64,000 nt of DNA from an uncultured Bifidobacteriaceae bacterium (GTDB taxonomy: Bacteria; Bacteroidota; Bacteroidia; Chitinophagales; UBA10324): positions 752-64,751 of the forward strand of contig CAZGBP010000001.1 of the NCBI GenBank assembly GCA_964524035.1. Direction: 5' to 3'. This document shows positions 48,058-56,516 of this stretch, in pieces. The position numbers were made by a program, and so were the translations under genes. The notes beneath the pieces were generated by a model. The model was not told where the DNA came from. It did not search any database and saw nothing but the letters and a program-made list of their open reading frames with translations. Each line of letters begins with the position of its first letter. Position 1 is the first letter of the stretch.

Positions 48058-48519
48058 ATGATGAAAAGTATATCCGAGCTAAAAGATCTGGAAGAGATCA
48101 CTGCAAGAATCGGCTTATTGCAGCCTGAAGCAAAAGGATTATGGGGCGTTATGAATGTAAACCAGATGCTTTGCCATGTAAGCGATCCGGTTAGGGGTGC
48201 CCTGGGCGAAAGAACATATAAAGATATCAGCAACCTCTTTACCAGCACATTTGCCAAATGGATATTCCTTTACCTTTTCCCGTTTCCAAAAAATGCACCC
48301 ACAGGCAGGGAGTTCAATCAGGTAAAGGGAAGCGGTACACCGGTAAAAGATTTTGAAAGCGACCGTAAAGAGTTGCTGCGTCTATTGCAGCAGTTGCATA
48401 TGAGCAGTCCATCTGCTAAATTGATCGGCCATCCGTTGTTTGGTAATATGTCGAAGTGGGAATGGGGACGCATCACCTATTTGCACCTCGATCACCATTT
48501 GAAGCAATTCGGGGTGTAA
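48058..48519 (+). CDS. DUF1569 / DinB-like family protein
   Basis: Start moved to ATG 48058 (MMKSISELKDL). LCHVSD and YLHLDHHLKQFG His motifs are typical of the DinB superfamily. Confidence 0.7.
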   Translation: MMKSISELKDLEEITARIGLLQPEAKGLWGVMNVNQMLCHVSDPVRGALGERTYKDISNLFTSTFAKWIFLYLFPFPKNAPTGREFNQVKGSGTPVKDFESDRKELLRLLQQLHMSSPSAKLIGHPLFGNMSKWEWGRITYLHLDHHLKQFGV

Positions 48520-48521
48520 AA

Positions 48522-49016
48522 TTAATCGGCGTGCTTTCTTCGGGCCGACAGCATCTTATCCAGTAATGCCAGTCCTAAAATTACATTCAGTGAAAGGAAG
48601 AAAAGGATAAAAGAAGGGCTTGCAAGCGACAACCAATTGACCGTTGGCATGGTTACTTCCGGTAATCCAAGATCATACGTTGACTGCCAGTTAATTTGAG
48701 AAAGCATATAGGCCAGGATGCCTCCGATAGTCAATACAAAGAAACCGGCAATTACCGATATAATGCGGGAATCTACTTTTGTTTTAAGGGTAGAAGGATG
48801 TGGTGACAGCAGTACCTGTTCCATTACACGGTTCTTAAACCCCAGAGAAGGTTCATCCAGTTCCATTGACTGGAGTTGCATGTGGAGGTTAGAGAGTTCC
48901 TCAAACTTCGCTTTCACCTGCGAACTGGTGTTCATTAAATCTTCAATGGCTTTGCGTTCATCCGGTGAGCAAGTGCCATCAATATAATCCCACAAACGAT
49001 CTTCCATGTTTTTCAT
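48522..49016 (-). CDS. Anti-sigma factor (single-pass membrane)
   Basis: 164 aa. N-terminal LWDYIDGTCSPDERKAIEDLM anti-sigma-like segment and TM helices. Its start overlaps the sigma-factor stop (ATGA). Confidence 0.7.
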   Translation of the reverse strand: MKNMEDRLWDYIDGTCSPDERKAIEDLMNTSSQVKAKFEELSNLHMQLQSMELDEPSLGFKNRVMEQVLLSPHPSTLKTKVDSRIISVIAGFFVLTIGGILAYMLSQINWQSTYDLGLPEVTMPTVNWLSLASPSFILFFLSLNVILGLALLDKMLSARRKHAD

Positions 49017-49597
49017 CTTACCAGGTCTTTTACTTCATGATGCAATAATAATTCCAGCTTATCTTTTAACCGCTGCCGTGCACGGTGTAATTTTACTTTT
49101 ACAGTGTTCGCTTCATATCCGGTAGCCTTTGCAATTTCTTCCAGCGATTGCTCGCCTTTGTAAAACAAAGTTATAATAACCGCATCATCCGGCAAAAGCA
49201 ATCCAATGGCCTTTTCCAGGTATTCCGACCTTGATTTTGCCTCCACGAGGTTGGCTTTCATATCTGATGCCGTGTCTTCCACCTGTAAAAATGTTGTTTC
49301 ATCGTCAATAGAGGTCACATCCAATCGCTTCTTTCTTAAAAACGTCATGGAAGTATGATATACTATACCATACAGCCATGTTGTAAACTTCGATGACCGC
49401 TGAAAGGCAGCCAACGAACGGTAAGCCTTCACAAAACAATCCTGGGCAATTTCCTCTGCATCTTCCCGGCTTTTGGTAAACCGCAAGGCCAGTGTAAAAA
49501 CATAGCGCTGATGGTGACTTACCAAATCAGAAAATGCTGCGGTATTGCCCGCCAACACCTTATCAATAAGCTCCAAATCGGTTTGGTTGTCTCTCAT
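49013..49597 (-). CDS. ECF-type RNA polymerase sigma-70 factor
   Basis: 194 aa. Region 2 (HHQRYVFTLALRFTKSREDAEEIAQDCFVKAY) and region 4 (SLEEIAKATGYEANTVKVKLHRARQRL). Confidence 0.9.
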   Translation of the reverse strand: MRDNQTDLELIDKVLAGNTAAFSDLVSHHQRYVFTLALRFTKSREDAEEIAQDCFVKAYRSLAAFQRSSKFTTWLYGIVYHTSMTFLRKKRLDVTSIDDETTFLQVEDTASDMKANLVEAKSRSEYLEKAIGLLLPDDAVIITLFYKGEQSLEEIAKATGYEANTVKVKLHRARQRLKDKLELLLHHEVKDLVR

Positions 49598-49608
49598 GAG
49601 CTATGCTG

Positions 49609-49638
49609 TTAGTCTGCTAAACACGTTAACAGGTTACA
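49609..49638 (-). promoter_or_regulatory. Candidate ECF-type promoter upstream of the sigma gene
   Basis: Minus-strand TGTAACCTGTT-N13-GACTAA, ending 11 nt before the ATG. The same TGTAACCTGTT 11-mer recurs at 49896. Confidence 0.3.
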
Positions 49639-49895
49639 GTGGCATTGAATTATTTTCCTGTAACAATATACTTATTACGATTTGAAAATGGAATACTATC
49701 GAAAACAGATAACGCTTCTGCTGAAAATGAATCGATTACATGAAAACAGGCCTTTCCTTCAGTACCCTTATATTATAGCCGGCGCGGTTGCAGCGAGGCA
49801 AGGCAATAGCAATACCTCCAGCCAGGAAGCATACTCCGGGTTCCGGTTACCGGATTAGCGGCGGTTTTGCTTCCAAAAAAAAATTAAAAAGACGG

Positions 49896-49925
49896 TGTAA
49901 CCTGTTGCTGAAACATGTTGTCAAA
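49896..49925 (+). promoter_or_regulatory. Candidate ECF-type promoter upstream of the small membrane protein gene
   Basis: TGTAACCTGTT-N13-GTCAAA, 51 nt upstream of ATG 49977. Confidence 0.3.
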
Positions 49926-49976
49926 GGTTTCAAATTCGATAACAAATTCACATTCTAACCCTTTAAAACAATATTT

Positions 49977-50324
49977 ATGGACCCCATTCTGATTCCCATT
50001 TTAGTTCCGCTTGGCGTATTTGCTATGATTTTTGGCCTTCGTTACTTTGAAAACAAAGAACGTATGGCAATGATTGAAAAGGGCATGGACCCGGGTTTGC
50101 GTCGGAAGAAGCCTTCCAGCCCGCTGACTTCTTTAAAATGGGGACTTATCCTCATCGGTGTTGGCCTGGGCCTCGTACTGGCTTTCTGGCTTACCGATTA
50201 TGTCCTGCTTACACAAGACGATCAGGGCGTACCTATCTACTTTGGCCTGATTGCTCTTTGTGGCGGACTTGGCTTAATAACCAGTTATTTCTTTGAAAAG
50301 AAAGAGCCGGTGGAAAAGAGTTGA
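49977..50324 (+). CDS. Small membrane protein (DUF6249-like)
   Basis: 115 aa and 4 hydrophobic segments. The FENKERMAMIEKGMDP loop is as I recall for this family. Confidence 0.6.
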   Translation: MDPILIPILVPLGVFAMIFGLRYFENKERMAMIEKGMDPGLRRKKPSSPLTSLKWGLILIGVGLGLVLAFWLTDYVLLTQDDQGVPIYFGLIALCGGLGLITSYFFEKKEPVEKS

Positions 50325-50468
50325 ATACTGGTTAAGTTAATCAGGATAAGGTTTGGGCAAAAGCGCCTGAACCTTTTTGCTTTGCAGGTGTGTTAAAACA
50401 ACCATTAATGGCATACTTACAAAGACGGTATACCGTTAATGCATAGCTTTAACCGGCAATTAATTACC

Positions 50469-51059
50469 ATGAAACGCCTGAGCCTGCTGTTTTTCCTGTC
50501 ATTATCCTGGTCTATGCTGCAGGCGCAATCTATGCCACTTTCTCAGTTTTCCGGGTTTCAACAAGGAACCTCCATCCAATTATCATTTACCATCAGCGGC
50601 GGAAATACCTGCCAGGGTATTGAAATTCAAAGATCAGCGGATAGTATTCACTATATGGCCATTGGAAGTATTCCCGGCATTTGCGGCAGCATTGAAAAAG
50701 AGGAATCCTATTTCTTTGAAGATATGGCACCGCTTGAAAATCAGGTAAACCATTACCGGCTGTTATTGGGACAATTGGGTTATTCCGCAACCATAGCTGT
50801 GCCCTTCTACCAATTTGATGATGGCTTGCTACTTTTTCCCAACCCGGCATTAGACCAGGCTATGGTCTATTACTACAATGAAAAAAATGAGCTTTTCGAC
50901 ATTGGCATTTTCGATACCACGGGAAGATTATACCGGTTAATCTCTACACGCGACGATTCTGTTCCGCTAATAGTTGCGGAATTACCCGCCGGCATTTATT
51001 TGGTTACCGTTCAACAAAACGGAAATGTGCGGTACTTTAAGAAGCTGGTATTGCTTTGA
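50469..51059 (+). CDS. Small secreted protein with T9SS C-terminal sorting domain
   Basis: Start moved to ATG 50469 (MKRLSLLFFLSLSWSMLQAQ). C-terminus LLLFPNPALDQAMVYY...GIYLVTVQQNG. Confidence 0.7.
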   Translation: MKRLSLLFFLSLSWSMLQAQSMPLSQFSGFQQGTSIQLSFTISGGNTCQGIEIQRSADSIHYMAIGSIPGICGSIEKEESYFFEDMAPLENQVNHYRLLLGQLGYSATIAVPFYQFDDGLLLFPNPALDQAMVYYYNEKNELFDIGIFDTTGRLYRLISTRDDSVPLIVAELPAGIYLVTVQQNGNVRYFKKLVLL

Positions 51060-51094
51060 CACATGGCTTCACCTAATAGAAAAAGTACCTTCCT

Positions 51095-51403
51095 CTAAAA
51101 ATGAGCCGATTGTGCCCTTTCAATCAGCCCAACACTCCAGGCTTCGGCCTTTTCAGAAAACAGCAGTTTGGAGCGCGTCCAGGTTGATTTGAAAAAATCG
51201 GAAAAACGGTAATGGTCCAGAAAATGCTCATCTTCCCAGGTGCTGTATGTAAAAAAAATATGCCGGTTGTGTAAATCCTGCAGTAATTCCACATGATGGC
51301 AACCATCGAAAGAGGCAATCGTTTCTTTTACTTCTTTAAATATTTCCAGGAACTCATCTATTTTATCAGGTTGAAGGGTAATCTTTACAAGCCGGGTGAT
51401 CAT
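51095..51403 (-). CDS. Antibiotic biosynthesis monooxygenase (ABM) domain protein
   Basis: 102 aa. The ferredoxin-like ABM pattern is present (MITRLVKITLQPDKIDEFLEIF...FFTYSTWEDE..L..H). Confidence 0.7.
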   Translation of the reverse strand: MITRLVKITLQPDKIDEFLEIFKEVKETIASFDGCHHVELLQDLHNRHIFFTYSTWEDEHFLDHYRFSDFFKSTWTRSKLLFSEKAEAWSVGLIERAQSAHF

Positions 51404-51554
51404 AATGGTGTTGGTTTTAAAATTCGCGAAACGAAGTTAGCCACAAACAGGGCAATTTTTCAGAAAGCCGGGTTAATTCTTGCCTGATATAAATCACTTG
51501 TAATATTCGGTATCTTTGCGCCTGAAATCTTTAATCGCTCCTAATTACTCCTCA

Positions 51555-51923
51555 ATGGCACTTGAAATTTCCGGAAAACTGGTACAAATTCAACCTGAAC
51601 AAACAGGGCAAGGTCAAAACGGCCCCTGGCTGAAGCAAAATTTTGTAATTGAAACGCAGGAACAGTTTCCTAAGAAGGTATGCATTACCTGTTGGAACGA
51701 CAAGGCAGAAATACTCAAGCAACTGAAGGTGGGTGAAGAATTAAAAGTGGCAATTAACATCGAATCCCGGGAATACAATGGGAAATGGTACACTGATGTA
51801 AAAGCCTGGAAAATTGAACCGGCAGGAGCCGGAGCACGAACCGGAGGTCAGGAATTTAACCAGGAGAGAGAAACAAACTATAATCAGGCGCCACCTGAAA
51901 TAAAAGACGACCTGCCGTTTTAA
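51555..51923 (+). CDS. DUF3127 domain protein
   Basis: Start moved to ATG 51555 (MALEISGKLVQI...). The OB-fold-like N-terminal part and low-complexity tail ending DDLPF are typical of DUF3127. Confidence 0.75.
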   Translation: MALEISGKLVQIQPEQTGQGQNGPWLKQNFVIETQEQFPKKVCITCWNDKAEILKQLKVGEELKVAINIESREYNGKWYTDVKAWKIEPAGAGARTGGQEFNQERETNYNQAPPEIKDDLPF

Positions 51924-52092
51924 TACTTATCGAAATAGTTCATCCATGAACTGCTTTGAAATGCCCAAAGCCTTTTGGCAGCCAGGCTTCCTCCAAGCCA
52001 TTCGGCTTTGCAGTTGGTGAGCCATGCCTTAGGAAAACGATATTGTATCTTTTCCGAATAACTCAATAATTGTTTTGCCGGAAAAAAAACCG

Positions 52093-52626
52093 TCAGGATT
52101 TGCGACTTAGCTTGTAGGTGAATTTGAACTGCCGGTAATCCATGGCCGGAATGCCCGGCAGCAACGGAAAATAGTTTGCAGTACCGGAAGCAGATCCGAA
52201 CCCGGTATATTCGTCTTTCTTATGATAATCATCTGCCGTTGACTCCATATTCGGAAAGCCTGAAAAAACAAATCTCAGCAACGGGCTTTGAGTCAGTTCT
52301 TCATCAAAATCAGGTACATAGTACTTGAAGGTAATTTGCTGTCCATTTGCCGGCGTAAATGATCCCTCTCCGTCAATATCATCGCTGTTATCGAAATGAA
52401 ATGTTCCGGCATTAAATACCAACGTATCAAAAGCAGGTGCATCCGCATTTAAGGCTGAATCATTGATATAGCAGGAGACGGTGAGTTCCGTCAGGTTCCA
52501 ATCGCCATCCTGCTTGCTGAGGCTGTTAATAAATGTTCCGGAAGGATCTGCTGAAGGATTCGAAAATATCAGGCAACCTGAAAGAAACAGCAGCGAAAGA
52601 AACAGATGTGGCAATAGCTTTTTCAT
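52093..52626 (-). CDS. Hypothetical lipoprotein
   Basis: 177 aa with lipobox LFLSGC. No family recognised. Confidence 0.55.
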   Translation of the reverse strand: MKKLLPHLFLSLLFLSGCLIFSNPSADPSGTFINSLSKQDGDWNLTELTVSCYINDSALNADAPAFDTLVFNAGTFHFDNSDDIDGEGSFTPANGQQITFKYYVPDFDEELTQSPLLRFVFSGFPNMESTADDYHKKDEYTGFGSASGTANYFPLLPGIPAMDYRQFKFTYKLSRKS

Positions 52627-52932
52627 CCCCGCAAGATAAAAGGAGTTTCTTCAATCTCTAAACAGGGAGCCGAAGCTGAAAACCAAATTTTGAATGACCG
52701 GCGTTAAAGTGACCCGATATCTTGATCGTGTTTGACTACCCGTCAGCGACGTTGCGTAGTAGCAAATCCAAGAAAAGGCTATTTAACCCATATTATTCAA
52801 TCGAATAATTGCACTTCGCCTCGGTTCAGAACTGCTATAGGTGGGCCCAGTATAAAAGAAATTGTTTCACAAACCCTTAGCAGTTACAGGTCGGGGTAAA
52901 GTCCAAATCTGTTTTAAAATTTAGTATGAATG

Positions 52933-54579
52933 TCAAAAATTCCTTTTCAGAAAATCCAGCACATTTCCGATACAAACATCATGGGCAAGATCATCTGCCG
53001 TTTTGCCGTTGGGGATTAAATAAGAAGCAGTTAGATTTCGATCAAAAATTTCTGTTTGAATGGCGCTTCGCAAATCGGCTTTAAATTGTTTAAATTGAAG
53101 TGCAGTGGCATATTCATTTACAGGGTCTATGTACCCTTCAAAATCTGTTCCGATACATAGCGATTTCCATATGCCGGGTCTTTCTTCCTGCGTCAATACC
53201 GTTGAATGAACAGCAGCATGAATAAAACCCAACAGGTTCTTCCATATAATTTGTTTGCCCGGACGATTTTCTTTTTTCCGGATACCAAGCACCCGCTGAT
53301 CAAAACATAAACCAAGCAATCCTTGTGTCTTCACAATTATTTCAATGTCCTCATCGCAAACGTTGATGTTCCATGGATTTAGTTCAGGCACCACCTGAAA
53401 GATATCCGTTTCGGTTCCAACACTATTAATCAGTTCATCCAAACTCCTGACACCCGTATAACCAACATGGCTTGCAATTACGGGAATGTTATCTCCATTT
53501 GCATTGCAGCGATTCACCAGGTCATAGTATCCTTTGCGGGAACTCGCAGCCATATGTTTTACATCAATCAGTATTCTTCTTCCATATCGGGCTTCATTCT
53601 TCACGTTATCCGGGCCAACACTCAGCAATAACCTTACTGCAGCCATGCCTTTACTGTTGGTATAAGCAGGCCCGCCATCAAACGGGGCATTCATACCATC
53701 GTTTTGAACGGCAAAGAGTGTTCCTTCACCGGGAAGGCTGTGGGCATGTCCGCATAAATAGTTGTTGAAGTGATGAGAAAACGTAATGAAAAACACCGGG
53801 AAGGTCCACCTTTTTATTTCCATTATTCTTTTATAGATATCCGGCAGTGCGGTATCCGTACCTAAGGAGTGCATTCCTTCTATTGTGACAATAAACACCA
53901 GCTTCCCGTCATTGATTGCCTGCTCTACTTCTGTATTGTTACGGGCTATAAAATAGGTACCCTTTGCTTTGTGAGAGACATCCTCTTTTTTACCACTGAA
54001 CAGGTTAAAGGAGGTTTTCTTCAGCCAGGGAGCTTCAATGGTTGTTTCCATCGGTACATTGTGTGCGCTAACCAGGAAATTATATTCTTCCTTCAGTTCT
54101 GTATAGTAATCGTAAGCTGCCGATTGAATGAATTCTATTCGTTCGCCCGGCATTTTCATGAGTATATTTTGCAGGTAATCTTTCGCACTCTGAAAATTTT
54201 CTTCTGAAGAAACAACCGGTCTAAGCATATGACGGAGGTAGGCAATTGCCACATTTCCAAGAACAGGAATACGTTGCAGTATAGCAGCTACCTGTACAAT
54301 CCACTTACTGTCTACTCTTCCGCCACCCCGAAAAAATCCCTTTTCAAAAGGGTACAACGATGCGAAGGCAATGCCCACCTCACCATGGATCAGCCGTGCC
54401 ATATCGCATTGAGAATAGCTGAATGCGCGTTTTCCTTTTTCCTGGTTGGCAATATTAGATAGAATGATAGTCCAGGGATTATACTTAGTGGTATTGCGCT
54501 CGCGGCTGTTACGAAAGGCATTGAACGTTCTGCTATGCGGATGACAGTGCAGGTCGGCAAATTGAATGTTTCTTTTCAT
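52933..54579 (-). CDS. Divergent amidohydrolase-superfamily protein, membrane-dipeptidase (M19)-like
   Basis: Start moved to ATG 54579 (MKRNIQFADLHCHPH). The motifs appear in the same order as in M19 dipeptidases: DLHCH, TIEGMHSLG, ITFSHHFNN, IDVKHM, IASHVGY, GTDFEGY. Long insertions are present. Confidence 0.5.
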   Translation of the reverse strand: MKRNIQFADLHCHPHSRTFNAFRNSRERNTTKYNPWTIILSNIANQEKGKRAFSYSQCDMARLIHGEVGIAFASLYPFEKGFFRGGGRVDSKWIVQVAAILQRIPVLGNVAIAYLRHMLRPVVSSEENFQSAKDYLQNILMKMPGERIEFIQSAAYDYYTELKEEYNFLVSAHNVPMETTIEAPWLKKTSFNLFSGKKEDVSHKAKGTYFIARNNTEVEQAINDGKLVFIVTIEGMHSLGTDTALPDIYKRIMEIKRWTFPVFFITFSHHFNNYLCGHAHSLPGEGTLFAVQNDGMNAPFDGGPAYTNSKGMAAVRLLLSVGPDNVKNEARYGRRILIDVKHMAASSRKGYYDLVNRCNANGDNIPVIASHVGYTGVRSLDELINSVGTETDIFQVVPELNPWNINVCDEDIEIIVKTQGLLGLCFDQRVLGIRKKENRPGKQIIWKNLLGFIHAAVHSTVLTQEERPGIWKSLCIGTDFEGYIDPVNEYATALQFKQFKADLRSAIQTEIFDRNLTASYLIPNGKTADDLAHDVCIGNVLDFLKRNF

Positions 54580-54794
54580 GTGGAAGAAAACACTGGTGTT
54601 TAAGAATGATGACAAGATGGGCAACTACATCGCAGCGCCTGTCAGTAATTGATTAAAGAAAAGGTGATCATTTCTATAACCACTTTTCGAACCGTTGTGG
54701 GCCAGGTCTAACCCGCAACCTGAATCCTGCGCTGCAATGTGTTTAACTGGTTGAGGTATTTTTATCAGAGCAAACAATCATTTCCTGCAAGCCG

Positions 54795-55796
54795 CTAAGA
54801 GGTGGATGTTTCCGGCTTAGGGCCGGTTCCCCTCAGGTTCACAAATTTTTTCAGAATCTCAAACCAGAAAGGTGCACCCTGCCGCAGCAAAAGGGCTGTA
54901 ATGAGCCAGCCAACCAAGGTTTGAAAACTGCAGGCTTCCAGGTTTTTGCAGATTAACTCCCCGAGTTTCTGCCAGCTGATCCTGCCTTCAATTTCCGTGA
55001 TCCAGCCCAGGGGCAATGCCTTTAGTTCCATTGATTTGAGGATCGCTTCATTCCGTTCCACTATGGCCCGGATACTGTCGATACGCTGTTCAACCGGAAG
55101 CAATTCCATCCTCCTGAGCAAGGTGCTGTCATTGCCTACCTTTAATGCCGCTGTATAAAGTTTGCTTCGCAGCGCTTCATCCTGCCAGAGTGTTTGTACC
55201 ACTCTGATCGTATCAACATTAAGCAATACCGTTACAAAGCAGGCTGCTACAAACAAGCTTTTTCGCAGATTGCGTTTGTACCATCCGGCAACACGATCCA
55301 TATATCCATTGTACCAGTGTTCCATATTTGCTTTCAGGCTTTCTGCCCCGGTTGAATTAACCAGGAATGAATTCAAAAGGGTTTTCAGATCACCTGGCTG
55401 TAATTCCTTCAATCCGGATTCGAACTGCGCGAATGTGTTTCCATGGTCACTGCCATCATTGAGATAGGGCATACCAGATGCATCGTAGCTAACTTCAGCA
55501 GGTCTTCCATTTGCAGAAACAAGGTCTATCAAAGTATGGGCAAATGCCGTAGCATCAATATAGGATGGAAGGCTGCCCGGATGCTGCTGAGTGCTGGAAA
55601 TGAGCGGGTGCCGGTAAAACAGCTCCGCCCGGTTCTGATCCGCCTTATCATTCAGCACCCTGGAAATAGCGTCGTACAATTGTTTGCTCCTGCTTTTTAT
55701 CCTGGTTTGAAACACTTCAACCATGCTGGAAACCAACATGCTTAGCAGGAAATAAATGAGAGCAAGGCCGGCAAGCAGTTCGAGGAGAGAGCTCAT
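54795..55796 (-). CDS. Hypothetical membrane protein
   Basis: 333 aa. It has an N-terminal TM, a central TM (LFVAACFVTVLLNV) and a C-terminal hydrophobic GAPFWFEILKKFVNLRG segment. No family recognised. Confidence 0.5.
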   Translation of the reverse strand: MSSLLELLAGLALIYFLLSMLVSSMVEVFQTRIKSRSKQLYDAISRVLNDKADQNRAELFYRHPLISSTQQHPGSLPSYIDATAFAHTLIDLVSANGRPAEVSYDASGMPYLNDGSDHGNTFAQFESGLKELQPGDLKTLLNSFLVNSTGAESLKANMEHWYNGYMDRVAGWYKRNLRKSLFVAACFVTVLLNVDTIRVVQTLWQDEALRSKLYTAALKVGNDSTLLRRMELLPVEQRIDSIRAIVERNEAILKSMELKALPLGWITEIEGRISWQKLGELICKNLEACSFQTLVGWLITALLLRQGAPFWFEILKKFVNLRGTGPKPETSTS

Positions 55797-55937
55797 TTTG
55801 GAAGACTGATGTTATGGATGCGGCAACAAAAAAAGTGCAGTGCGCTGATGAAGCACTTCAAATTTAATCATATTAAAATCAAAAACAATAGTGAATTTGA
55901 TTAAGATAAATTTTGACCGGGATGGAATAATTCTGTT

Positions 55938-56444
55938 TTAACCTTGCTTTTCTGAAAGTTTCATGAAATAGAGCGCGATCGAAATCAGGAGAATGCTTCC
56001 GGGTATCAGCAGGATATCCCAGGAAACGGATTTGTGAGCGATATGCCACACTGCATAATTAAGAAACAACATAACAAGGGTAGTCAATATGCTTTGCCAC
56101 AACAAAGTTTTCAAGTCGAGGATAGAATGAACATCAAGCCAGGCAGGTAATCTGCTGCTGCCATCACTTGATTCTTTAACAAAAAAAAGTTTATACAGGC
56201 CAAAGGAAAAAATGAAGAATACAAATGAAAGCAGGAAACTGTCTACTGCTTCCATAATAATGAGCACCGGAGGTTCATCATCCGTTTGGTCGGAGATGAG
56301 TTCAAAACTCATTTTGGCACTCACCATGTTCGATACCACTTCATTGCAAATCCAGATGCCCCTTACCGTAAAGAATATGGAAATCAGCAGGATTACAATA
56401 ATCATGGGCAACAGTAAAAATCGCAAGAGCAGCATCCGGTTCAT
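55938..56444 (-). CDS. YqhA (UPF0114) family membrane protein
   Basis: 168 aa with 4 TM segments. The MEAVDSFLLSFVFFIFSFGLYKLF pattern is typical of UPF0114. Confidence 0.65.
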   Translation of the reverse strand: MNRMLLLRFLLLPMIIVILLISIFFTVRGIWICNEVVSNMVSAKMSFELISDQTDDEPPVLIIMEAVDSFLLSFVFFIFSFGLYKLFFVKESSDGSSRLPAWLDVHSILDLKTLLWQSILTTLVMLFLNYAVWHIAHKSVSWDILLIPGSILLISIALYFMKLSEKQG

Positions 56445-56516
56445 AGAGCATGGGATTATCTGATAAAGATATAAACAGGAAAATAGCTTCCACTATAGAT
56501 ACCTGCAGGCTGGTTG

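Noticed and set aside
54660-54760. tRNA-like TTCGAACC segment in the intergenic region
   Set aside because: No cloverleaf can be drawn. There is no acceptor-stem complement and no T-loop or D-loop consensus around it.
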